A stretch of 64,000 nucleotides of DNA from the NCBI GenBank assembly GCA_964482205.1, contig CAYZWI010000007.1:25740-89739 (forward strand), in the 5' to 3' direction. Below are positions 1-7,936 of the stretch, piece by piece. The DNA is from an uncultured bacterium. GTDB taxonomy: Bacteria > Eisenbacteria > RBG-16-71-46 > CAIMUX01 > WJJG01. The translations under genes were made by a program, and so were the position numbers. The notes beneath the pieces were generated by a model. That model was not told the origin of the DNA. It ran no database searches and was given only the letters and a program-made list of their open reading frames with translations. Position 1 is the stretch's first letter. The number at the start of each line of letters is the position of its first letter.

Positions 1-557
1 AAGGCCAGCAGGCGATCGGCGCATGCCTCGCGCGCACCCATCAAACCGAGAAGGCCACTTCCTATCTTCAACGCGCGCTCGCGGGACGGCCGCAATCGGT
101 CGCGGCGCTCCTGGAATGGGGAATGATGCTGCAGGGACGGGGTAACTTCGACGACGCGGAGAAGAACTATCGCCGCGCGCTCGAGCTTCGGCCGGATCTT
201 CCCGAAGTCTATCTCTTCCTCGGCTCCTGCCTGCATGTCGCCGGCTTTCTGATGAAGAGCCAGGAGATCTACACGGAAGGATTGCAGCACGCGCCTCACG
301 CGGCCCGCTTGCACGCGAACCTCGGCGGCCTGTACTTCGCGCAGAGCAGAAACGCCGAGGCGGAAGCGTCTTTTCGTGAAGCGCTGCGATGGAATCCCGA
401 TCTCGGCATCGCGCACTTCAATCTCGGCATGCTGCTCAGCGCGCAAGGACGCCCGCGCGAGATGAACGAAGTGCTCGATCACTTGCGCGCGCAGCGCAGC
501 GGGTACGCAGGGCACCTCACCAGGGGGATCGCGAGACGCGCCAGCGCTCCGCGTTGA
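1..557 (+). CDS. TPR-repeat protein, C-terminal fragment (5' end lies upstream of the window)
   Basis: Reading frame is open from position 3 through the ORF 123..557. The translation shows tetratricopeptide-like repeats (ALELRPDLPEVYLFLGSC..., EALRWNPDLGIAHFNLGMLL). Confidence 0.55.
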   Translation, partial: GQQAIGACLARTHQTEKATSYLQRALAGRPQSVAALLEWGMMLQGRGNFDDAEKNYRRALELRPDLPEVYLFLGSCLHVAGFLMKSQEIYTEGLQHAPHAARLHANLGGLYFAQSRNAEAEASFREALRWNPDLGIAHFNLGMLLSAQGRPREMNEVLDHLRAQRSGYAGHLTRGIARRASAPR

Positions 558-896
558 GCGAGGCACGCGCGCGCGACGCGACCATGGGCGGATGCGCTTG
601 CGCAAAGAAGCGTCCTGTTCGCGTCACCGCGAATGAGAGAACTGAGCCGAACCGGCCGAACAGAAAGTTCTCGCGGCGAAAAAAGCCTGAAGTGAGCCAT
701 GTTCAGAAGAGCGAGCGGTGTCGCACCGGGCCTCCGAATGCGTATCCGCTCGCGCCTGCATCTCCTTGCCAGAGTTGCCCTTCCGGGATCGCAGCCAAAG
801 GCCTGGAACGGGGCGTCGGATCTCGCGCAGCGCGCGCAAATCGCCTAACCTATCTTCTCCTATGAAGAAAGGCCGACCCATCCTCAGCATTCCTGC

Positions 897-926
897 TTGA
901 CCCCATCTCGACCGATTCTCTATACT
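897..926 (+). promoter_or_regulatory. sigma70-like promoter candidate (TTGACC-N18-TATACT) about 200 nt upstream of the 1134 CDS
   Basis: Read directly from the sequence: ttgacc at 897-902 and tatact at 921-926. It sits in a lower-GC, non-coding-looking stretch (about 850-1130) ahead of a gene that has a strong RBS. Confidence 0.3.
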
Positions 927-1133
927 TGGTCCCGAAAGAGTCCTGAACCGGGACGGTCGAGCTTCCTGCTTGTAACCCTCGCGGTGAAGGTCCTCGTTGC
1001 GGAGAGAGCGGCAACCGTCGGACAGACTCCGTAGGGAGAGGCGATCCTTCAGGTTCGGGTGACGCCGAGGTCATTCGGGGGAATTGGCGAGAGCGCTTCT
1101 CCCCAGGTTCCTGGGCAAAAGGAGGACAGCATC

Positions 1134-1703
1134 ATGAGGTACGCAGTACTGGTGGCGGCGATTTGCATGGTGGTCGGGGCGGTGGGCGCCACGGTTCCCG
1201 ATCAGAATCTTTGCACAGTGACTCCGTGCGACACCTACGGTGGAGTGATCATTTGCCCGTCCACGATTCCCGACGGACAGTTCACGGTCAACGTCCGCAA
1301 TGCCAACAACGACCCGATTCCCAACGCGTACGTCGAGTTGGTGTTCGGGACGCCCGGCAATCACTGGCTCTGCAATGATGCGGTGCTCACGGGATCGTCC
1401 GATGCGCTCGGCAATGTGACCTTCAACATCTCCGGCGGCGGCTGCACGATGGGCGCCGACGCCCTGAGAATCATCGCGAACACCTACCCGATCCGCTCCT
1501 TCTCGTGGGTGAAGAGCCCGGACTTCGCGGGCGGCGCCGGCTCGAACGGCTATGTCGATCTGCCGGACTTCAGCTACTTCGCGACCGCGTACGGCCTGTC
1601 GACCTATCCGTGCACGGACTACAAGGGCACCGGCGCCACCGACCTCGACGACTTCAGTCTCTTCGCGGGCTCGTACGGCAAGAAGTGCCCCGAGCTTCCG
1701 TAG
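1134..1703 (+). CDS. secreted cysteine-rich hypothetical protein with a duplicated dockerin-like (EF-hand-like) C-terminal segment
   Basis: ATG at 1134 is preceded by aaaggagga (RBS). The N-terminal signal peptide is MRYAVLVAAICMVVGAVGA. It contains several Cys pairs. The C-terminus has two copies of N-G-x-V-D-L-x-D-F-S-x-F-A-x-x-Y-G (GYVDLPDFSYFATAYG / ATDLDDFSLFAGSYG), resembling dockerin calcium-binding repeats. Confidence 0.6.
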   Translation: MRYAVLVAAICMVVGAVGATVPDQNLCTVTPCDTYGGVIICPSTIPDGQFTVNVRNANNDPIPNAYVELVFGTPGNHWLCNDAVLTGSSDALGNVTFNISGGGCTMGADALRIIANTYPIRSFSWVKSPDFAGGAGSNGYVDLPDFSYFATAYGLSTYPCTDYKGTGATDLDDFSLFAGSYGKKCPELP

Positions 1704-1834
1704 ATCTGTCGCGCAACTGCCAGACAGTGAAATGCGGCTCCGGCTTCGCCGGGGCCGCATTATTCCGCCCGGAATCCGCCCTTCGTCCGCCGCCCGGCCG
1801 CGCCGCTCGATGATGGAGAGGCGTGGCGAAGAGG

Positions 1835-2479
1835 TCAGCGGGAGCCGGCCGCTTTCCTGCGGCCGCGGGCGGCGAGCTGATCGCAGCGTTCGTTGAGCGG
1901 ATGGCCCGCATGCCCGCCGACCCGTTCCCAGACGATTCGCCTTCCCTCGCGCAATTCGACCAGGCGCTCCCACAAGTCACGATTCCCGACCGGCTCGTCG
2001 TTGACGGTCCGCCATCCGCGCTTCAGCCATTGATCCACCCAGCGGCGCATGCCTTCGATCACATAGTGGCTGTCGCCGATCGCATGCAGGGGACCGCTCG
2101 TCTCTCCGAGCAAGCGGATGGCAGCCGTCAGCTCCATGCGGTTGTTGGTCGTGTGCGCCGCGCCGCCCCAGAGCTCCTTGCCATCGGGAAGCACCACTCC
2201 CCATCCGCCCGGTCCCGGATTGGGACTCGCTCCCCCATCGAAGGCCCCGATGGGAATGCCCTCGTCGTCCACCATCGAGGGATTCGCCTGCGCCCCAGGC
2301 TGCATCGCCGCCTGGATCTCCTCCAGGCGCGAAGCGGCGCGAGGAAACCGGAAGCCATGGGGATTCTTTTCGGCGTGCACGGTCTTGCGCCGGCCGTCGC
2401 GGTACCAATTGACGACTGTGCCGTCGTCGAAGATCAACTTGACCCCATAGGCGATCGCTTCTTCCCGAAAACCGGCCAT
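1835..2479 (-). CDS. rnhA: ribonuclease HI with an approximately 75-aa N-terminal extension
   Basis: The RNase H domain (GASPNPGPGGWGVVL ... MELTAAIRLL ... HAIGDSHYVIEGM ... VWERVGGHAGHPLNERCDQLA) is clear. The start was chosen at MAGF (ORF position 42) because GGAGGTG lies just upstream. The longest ORF would start with GTG at 2602. Confidence 0.8.
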   Translation of the reverse strand: MAGFREEAIAYGVKLIFDDGTVVNWYRDGRRKTVHAEKNPHGFRFPRAASRLEEIQAAMQPGAQANPSMVDDEGIPIGAFDGGASPNPGPGGWGVVLPDGKELWGGAAHTTNNRMELTAAIRLLGETSGPLHAIGDSHYVIEGMRRWVDQWLKRGWRTVNDEPVGNRDLWERLVELREGRRIVWERVGGHAGHPLNERCDQLAARGRRKAAGSR

Positions 2480-2609
2480 GCGCACCTCCGGCCGGGATTC
2501 TTTCATTGGGCTGCGAGCGGGGCAACGATTGTGATCTCCCGGCCGGCCCGGCCGGGATGGCCGCAAGCCGGGATGGCTTCCCGGAGGCCTCTCGTGGTTC
2601 ACTCACGCT

Positions 2610-3656
2610 ATGACTGATGCCCCCCGCATCAGCATCCTCCTGCCCGCGCGGAATGCGGGAGGGTGCCTCGAGGAGGCCTTGCGCAGCCTCTCGGCGCAGA
2701 CGATCGCCGATTGGGAGTGCATCATCGTCGACGACGCCTCTTCCGATCGGACGCCCGCCGTCATCGCGCAATGGGCGGACGCGGACCCGCGCTTTCGTTC
2801 CATTCGTCTGCGCAGCCATCGCGGGATCGTCTTCGCGCTCAACCGCGCGGCCGAGGAGGCGCGCGCTCCCTGCCTGGCCCGCCAGGACGCCGACGACCGC
2901 TCGCTTCCCGAGCGGCTGGCCCGCTCGCTGGCCTTGCTCGAATCGGACGCGCGTCTCGGCGCCGTGGCGACCGGCGTGCGCTTCGTTCCCGCTCCGCAGC
3001 CGGGAAGCGGATGGGAGGCCTACGCCTGCTGGCTGAATGCCGCTCGCAGCGCCGAAGAAATCGAGCGCGAAATCTGGATCGAGAGTCCCCTTCCCCATCC
3101 GGCCGTGATCATGCGGCGCAAAGCGTTCGATCAAGCTGGCGGATATCGCGAGGTGCCCTGGCCCGAGGATTACGATTTGTGGCTGCGCATGCGGGCGAAG
3201 AAGTGGCGCTTCGCAAAGACGCCGGAGATCCTCTACGAATGGGCGCTCCACGAGGAACGCCTGACGCTCACCGATTCGCGCTATCTGCCCGCGGAATTCC
3301 TGGCGTGCAAGCTTCATCACTTGAGGATGCGGCTGCGCAAGCGGCCGGTGTTCATCTGGGGGGCGGGCAGAGACGGACGCCGGCTCGCGCGGGCGCTGAT
3401 CGCGCGCCGCATCGACCTCCGCGGATTCATCGACATCGATCCGCGCAAGATCGGCCGTTCGCGCCTCGGCAAGCCGGTGATCGGAGCCGACGATGCGCTC
3501 GACAGCCTGCATCCCCCTGATGCGCCCAACGTCCTGCGGCCCGGCGATGCGCTCCTGCTCGTCGCCGTCGGCACGCGCGGGGCGCGCGAGCTCATTCGCG
3601 CGCGCCTAGCCGGAAAGGGCTGGCGCGAGCCGGAGGACTTTCTCTGCCTGCATTGA
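2610..3656 (+). CDS. family 2 glycosyltransferase (GT-A fold)
   Basis: ISILLPARNAGGCLEEALRSLSAQT...ECIIVDDASSDRT is an N-terminal GT2 signature, and the downstream region is a conserved GT2 region. The gene is divergent from rnhA. Confidence 0.8.
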   Translation: MTDAPRISILLPARNAGGCLEEALRSLSAQTIADWECIIVDDASSDRTPAVIAQWADADPRFRSIRLRSHRGIVFALNRAAEEARAPCLARQDADDRSLPERLARSLALLESDARLGAVATGVRFVPAPQPGSGWEAYACWLNAARSAEEIEREIWIESPLPHPAVIMRRKAFDQAGGYREVPWPEDYDLWLRMRAKKWRFAKTPEILYEWALHEERLTLTDSRYLPAEFLACKLHHLRMRLRKRPVFIWGAGRDGRRLARALIARRIDLRGFIDIDPRKIGRSRLGKPVIGADDALDSLHPPDAPNVLRPGDALLLVAVGTRGARELIRARLAGKGWREPEDFLCLH

Positions 3657-3765
3657 GCAGGCGTGCGCTCCCCGGGCCGGTCGCGCTCGGGTTGGAGGTT
3701 GCCGCTGATCCGCCGATTTCCTACCATCGAGCCCGGATGATTCATAAAGCTCGTCGCGAGACAGC

Positions 3766-3874
3766 GGAGATGCCCGCAGATACAAGGCGCGCGCCGCGCC
3801 GCCGACGCAGGCGTACTCCGCAGTACGTCGAGGAGGCGGCGCCAGCGTAACGCAGGAGATGCGGGCAGATACGA
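3766..3874. repeat. two 19-nt near-identical motifs (GGAGATGC-CCG/GGG-CAGATAC) spaced about 90 bp apart, upstream of the AmmeMemo fusion gene
   Basis: ggagatgcccgcagataca at about 3766-3784 and ggagatgcgggcagatacg at about 3855-3874. The flanks are direct repeats and the GCCCGC core is inverted to GCGGGC in the second copy. Confidence 0.4.
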
Positions 3875-3933
3875 TGTCGCAGCAGAGATTTCATGAATCA
3901 TCCGGGCTAGGATCGGGAGCTGGGGAAAGAGCC

Positions 3934-5667
3934 ATGCGTCGTTCGAATCGTTTGTCCGCTTCATTTCTTCGTTCGGCGGCGTTCGCCTTCTTGCGCGCGG
4001 CTGCGCTTCTCGCGCTCGTTGCCGCGGCGGGCGACATCCAATGCGAGGCCCAACCGATGAACTCCATTCGTCCGAGCGCTCTGGCGGGCAGTTGGTACCC
4101 CGCCGATCCCGGCAAGCTGACGGCCGAGGTGGATGCGCATCTCGCCGCGGGCCAGGGGCTGGAGGCGATCGCCTTGCACCGCCCGATCGCGCTCATCGCG
4201 CCGCATGCGGGCCATCAATGGTCGGGAGATGCGGCCGGCCAGGCCTTTCGCTTGATCGAAGGCTCCGCCGGAAATGACATCACGCGCGTCATCCTGCTGG
4301 GGCCCTCGCACTATCAGGGCTTTCGAGGCGCTTCGGTTCCCGATGCCTCCGCCTTTGCCACGCCCCTGGGCAATGTGCCGGTCGATGTCGAGGTCGCCGC
4401 CGCGCTCGCGAGATCCCCCGGCTTCGTTTCCGCGCCCGCGGCCCACGCGCGCGAGCATTGCCTGGAGATCCAGCTGCCCTTCCTGCAGCGCGCCCTCGGT
4501 CATCCCTTCCGGATCGTCCCCGTGCTCGTCTCCTCTCTCGATCCGGCCGGCCGCGACGCGCTCGCGCGCACGCTCGCGCGCCATGTCGACGAGCACACGC
4601 TCCTCGTCGCGAGCTCCGACTTCACCCACTTCGGCGGACGCTTCGGGTACCTGCCCTTCGTGAGCGACAGCGCGGCGGCGCTCGATCGCGATCTGCGCTT
4701 GCTCGACAAGGGAGCGCTCGCGCCCATCCTCGCGCTCGACGCGGCGGCCCTCGACGCCTATCATGACGAGACGGACATCACCGTGTGCGGCATCCACCCG
4801 ATCGGGACCCTGATCCAAATCCTCTCGCAGCCCGATCTCCAGAAGGCGTGGAAGGGAACGCCACAGGGGCGCGTGCTCGACTACTATCGCTCGGCCGACT
4901 TGACGGGCGATTTCGACGGCTCGGTGAGCTACGCGGCGGTGGCGTTCTTCCGTCCCGGCGAGTTGAAGCCGGGAGCCGACTATCCGGAGAAGCTGGCGGC
5001 GGTGAAATTGGCGGGCGAGCGCGCCGGCGGGGCTTCTGCTTCCCGCGCATCCGCGCCCGATTCGTCCGATTCCGCCGCTTCCCCGATGCGATTGACGAAG
5101 GACGAAGAGCGTTTCCTGCTCGCGCTCGCGCGCGACACGGTCGAGCGTTTGACATCCGGGCGCAAGCCCGCGAAGGAAGTCTCGTTCCCGGCCGATGTGT
5201 CGGCCGAGAAGATGCGCACGCCCTGCGGCGCGTTCGTGACCTTGACCCGAAACGAGCGCCTGCGCGGTTGCATCGGCAGTCTCGCGGGCGACGAGCCGCT
5301 CTACGCGTGCGTGATCGCCAACGCCGGCAACGCGGCCATGCGCGATCCGCGCTTCTCTCCCGTGACGGCCAAGGAAGTGGACGGGCTGGCCATCGAGATC
5401 TCGGTGCTCACCCCGATGCGCGCGATCGCCGGGCCGGAGGAGATCGAGATCGGACGCCACGGAGTCGTATTGGAAAAGAGCGGCCATCGCGCGGTCTTCC
5501 TGCCGCAAGTCGCGCCCGAACAAGGGTGGGACCGCGACACGATGCTCGATCATCTCGCCGTCAAGGCGGGACTCGCCCCCGGCGATTGGCGCAGCGGAGC
5601 GCGCTTTCAGGTGTTCGAGGCGCTGGTCTTCTCCGAAGAGCGGGAAGGCGCGCCGGGCGGACGATGA
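3934..5667 (+). CDS. fusion of AmmeMemoRadiSam system protein B (MEMO1-like, N-terminal) and protein A (AMMECR1 domain, C-terminal), with a signal-peptide-like N-terminus
   Basis: MEMO motifs are present: GSWYPADPGKL, IAPHAGHQWSG, LLGPSHY, ASSDFTHFG. After a Ser/Ala-rich linker of about 50 aa comes the AMMECR1 core (PCGAFVTLTRNERLRGCIGS ... HGVVLEKSGHRAVFLPQVA). The start at the in-frame ATG 3934 (MRRSNRLSASFLRSAAFAFLRAAALLALVAAAG) has a ggggaaagag RBS. The ORF as given in the track begins at 3859. Confidence 0.8.
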   Translation: MRRSNRLSASFLRSAAFAFLRAAALLALVAAAGDIQCEAQPMNSIRPSALAGSWYPADPGKLTAEVDAHLAAGQGLEAIALHRPIALIAPHAGHQWSGDAAGQAFRLIEGSAGNDITRVILLGPSHYQGFRGASVPDASAFATPLGNVPVDVEVAAALARSPGFVSAPAAHAREHCLEIQLPFLQRALGHPFRIVPVLVSSLDPAGRDALARTLARHVDEHTLLVASSDFTHFGGRFGYLPFVSDSAAALDRDLRLLDKGALAPILALDAAALDAYHDETDITVCGIHPIGTLIQILSQPDLQKAWKGTPQGRVLDYYRSADLTGDFDGSVSYAAVAFFRPGELKPGADYPEKLAAVKLAGERAGGASASRASAPDSSDSAASPMRLTKDEERFLLALARDTVERLTSGRKPAKEVSFPADVSAEKMRTPCGAFVTLTRNERLRGCIGSLAGDEPLYACVIANAGNAAMRDPRFSPVTAKEVDGLAIEISVLTPMRAIAGPEEIEIGRHGVVLEKSGHRAVFLPQVAPEQGWDRDTMLDHLAVKAGLAPGDWRSGARFQVFEALVFSEEREGAPGGR

Positions 5668-6752
5668 TGGACCGGCGCCGGTTTCTTGCGCTCGGCAGCC
5701 GGGCGTTGATCGGCGGGATCGCCGCGCACGCGACCGGAAGCTTGGCGCACCCGCCGGCGCATGCGCAGCGGAGTTCGCGCGAGGGCGCAGCCGCAGGCAC
5801 AGCCGCCGGCGCGCTTGCGCAAGAGACAGCCGTTTCGCTCCCCGTACTCGACAAGCTCCAGGGACGGGCGACGGGACGGGTGGCCATCGCGCGCGATCTC
5901 ATTCCCGCCGGCCGCGCGCTCGCGAGCTCGAGCGACGCGCTGCCCGCCGAGCGCGTGCGTGAACGCCTCGAGGCCGCCATGCGGGCGCTGCTGGGCAACG
6001 ATCCCTGGCCGCAACTGGTCCGCCCCGACGATACCGTCGCGATCAAGATCAACGGGCTCGCGGCCGGACGGCTCTCGCCGCGGCCCGAGCTCGTCGAAGC
6101 GATCGCCCGCGCGCTGATCGCGGCCGGAGTGGCGCCGGGCCGCATCATCGTATGGGATCGAACCAGCCGTGAGGTGGAGGGCAGCGGATTTCCCCTGCAG
6201 ACCGCCGACGGCGCGGTGCGGCACTATGGGACCGACGCGCTGCGCGACGGATACGGCCGCGATCTCGAGACGAGCGGATCGGTGGGAAGTCTCGTCACGC
6301 GCATCCTGCGCGAGTACGCGACCGTGCTCGTGAATGTCGGCGTGTTGAAGGACCACGACTTGTGCGGCGTGTCGGCGGGCATGAAGAATCTCTACGGTGC
6401 GATTCACAATCCGAACCGCTACCACGCCAACGGATGCGATCCCTTCGTCGCCGAGGTAGCGGCCTTGCCGTCGATTCGCGCGCGCCTCGCGCTGACGGTG
6501 ATCGATGGTGCGATCGCGCAGGCCGAAGCGGGGCCCGCTTTCGCGCCGGCGTGGATCTGGCCGTGCGACGCATTGCTGGCCGCCTGCGATCCGGTGGCGT
6601 GCGATCGCGCCGCCTGGGGTCTGATCGAGGCGCGCCGCGGCGAGCTCGGGCTTCCCTCTCTCGCGGAAGCGGGCCGCGCGCCGCGCTGGATCGAGACCGG
6701 CGCGCGCCTGGGCCTCGGCCGCGCGGAAGGAATCGCGCGCGTGGAAGTGTGA
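5664..6752 (+). CDS. DUF362-family protein with a twin-arginine (Tat) signal peptide
   Basis: It starts MMDRRRFLALGSRALIGGIAAHATGSLAHPPAHA (RRxFLA Tat motif, AxA cleavage site). The ATG overlaps the upstream stop (ATGA). DUF362-like core blocks are present (VAIKINGLAAG ... GVLKDHDLCGVSAGMKNLYG ... LTVIDG). Confidence 0.7.
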   Translation: MMDRRRFLALGSRALIGGIAAHATGSLAHPPAHAQRSSREGAAAGTAAGALAQETAVSLPVLDKLQGRATGRVAIARDLIPAGRALASSSDALPAERVRERLEAAMRALLGNDPWPQLVRPDDTVAIKINGLAAGRLSPRPELVEAIARALIAAGVAPGRIIVWDRTSREVEGSGFPLQTADGAVRHYGTDALRDGYGRDLETSGSVGSLVTRILREYATVLVNVGVLKDHDLCGVSAGMKNLYGAIHNPNRYHANGCDPFVAEVAALPSIRARLALTVIDGAIAQAEAGPAFAPAWIWPCDALLAACDPVACDRAAWGLIEARRGELGLPSLAEAGRAPRWIETGARLGLGRAEGIARVEV

Positions 6753-6759
6753 GGACAAG

Positions 6760-7905
6760 ATGGACCGGCGGATTTTTCTGACGGCGTTGTCGGCGGGGCT
6801 CGCGGGCGGAACGCTCTTGCCCCGCATGTTGGGAGGCGAACTGTCCGCGCAGGACGCGGTCGACTTCGCGCTGCCCCAAGGCGACAGGCGCATCGGTCTC
6901 GCCCCCGCGCTGCATTACGAGAAAATCGCAGGAAAGAAGATCGTCTGCCGGCTCTGCCCGCGCGAGTGCCGCGTGGCCGCCTCCGAGCGCGGCTTCTGCG
7001 GCGTCCGCGAAAACCGGGACGGCGAGTACCTGACGCTGGTTCACGATCGCGCCAGCGCGGTCCACCTGGATCCCGTCGAGAAGAAGCCCTTCTTTCATGT
7101 GCTTCCCGGAGCGCAAGCGCTCTCGCTCGCAACGGCGGGCTGCAATTTCGAGTGCCGCTTCTGCCAGAACTGGGAGATCTCGCAGTCGCGCCCCGAACAG
7201 CTCGATTCGATGGAAGCGACGCCGGCCATGCTGCTCGACGGCGCGCGGCGCGTGGGCGCGCGCGCGATCGCCTACACCTATTCGGAGCCGACCGTCTTCT
7301 ACGAATACATGCTCGCCATCGCGCGCTACACGAGCGCGGCGGGCATTCCGAACCTGGTCGTCTCGAATGGATACATCCAGGAAAAGCCGCTGCGGGAGCT
7401 CGCTCCCCATCTGGCCGCTTACAAGGTGGACCTCAAAGCCTTCACCGAGGACTTCTATCGCGAACAGTGCAACGGCTCGCTCGCCCCCGTGCTCGCGACC
7501 CTGCGCACCTTGAAGTCCCTCGGACTGTGGACCGAAATCGTGACCCTCGTCATTCCCACCTTGAACGACGACGAGGCGAGCAACCGCGCAATGTGCGCCT
7601 GGATCCTGGAAAACCTGGGGCCGGATGTGCCCTTGCACTTCACGCGCTTCCATCCCACCTACAAGATCACGAACCTGCCGAGCACGCCCGCCGCCACGCT
7701 CGAGCGCCTGCGCGCGCTCGCACTCGAGAGCGGGCTGCACTATGTGTATGTGGGAAACCTTCCCGGTCACGCGGGCGAATCGACCTACTGCCCCGCGTGC
7801 GGGGAACGCGTGATCGAGCGGCACGGCTATCTGGTGGCCGAGGTGACACTGAAGGCAGGCCGCTGCCCGAAGTGCGCGACGGCGATTCCGGGCGTCTGGA
7901 GTTGA
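6760..7905 (+). CDS. AmmeMemoRadiSam system radical SAM enzyme (PFL-activase-like) with a Tat-type N-terminal signal
   Basis: CNFECRFCQNWEIS is the radical SAM CxxxCxxC motif. It is preceded by the family-typical CRLCPRECRV...ERGFCGVRE and DPVEKKPFFHV blocks. The N-terminus MDRRIFLTALSAGLAGGTLLP is a Tat motif. A GAGGA RBS lies 5 nt before the ATG. Confidence 0.85.
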   Translation: MDRRIFLTALSAGLAGGTLLPRMLGGELSAQDAVDFALPQGDRRIGLAPALHYEKIAGKKIVCRLCPRECRVAASERGFCGVRENRDGEYLTLVHDRASAVHLDPVEKKPFFHVLPGAQALSLATAGCNFECRFCQNWEISQSRPEQLDSMEATPAMLLDGARRVGARAIAYTYSEPTVFYEYMLAIARYTSAAGIPNLVVSNGYIQEKPLRELAPHLAAYKVDLKAFTEDFYREQCNGSLAPVLATLRTLKSLGLWTEIVTLVIPTLNDDEASNRAMCAWILENLGPDVPLHFTRFHPTYKITNLPSTPAATLERLRALALESGLHYVYVGNLPGHAGESTYCPACGERVIERHGYLVAEVTLKAGRCPKCATAIPGVWS

Positions 7906-7936
7906 GGCGCGCGCGTGGAATGCGCGCCCCAGGACA

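Noticed and set aside
863-900. 12-codon mini-ORF (MKKGRPILSIPA) ending inside the -35 element of the promoter candidate
   Set aside because: It has no RBS and no regulatory codon bias (for example, no runs of one amino acid). It is most likely chance.
1977-3512. 511-aa minus-strand ORF spanning the rnhA-GT2 region
   Set aside because: It is an Arg/Pro/Ala-rich low-complexity translation antisense to the clearly real GT2 gene, which is typical GC-rich frame noise.
3941-3950. gttcgaatcg string resembling a tRNA T-loop
   Set aside because: It lies inside the coding sequence (MRRSNRL) with no acceptor/anticodon arms. No tRNA-like cloverleaf was found anywhere in the window.
3961-5553. 530-aa minus-strand ORF antisense to the MEMO-AMMECR1 fusion gene
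   Set aside because: It has no recognisable motifs and lies opposite a gene with strong family signatures.
4785-5663. 5' extension of the 655-aa ORF (4785..6752) upstream of the DUF362 start
   Set aside because: It overlaps the MEMO-AMMECR1 ORF in another frame. The DUF362 homology and Tat motif begin exactly at the ATG (5664) that overlaps the upstream stop.
5607-7824. Long minus-strand ORFs (5607..6893, 6295..7824) antisense to the DUF362 and radical SAM genes
   Set aside because: They are Arg-rich and featureless, and opposite well-supported genes.
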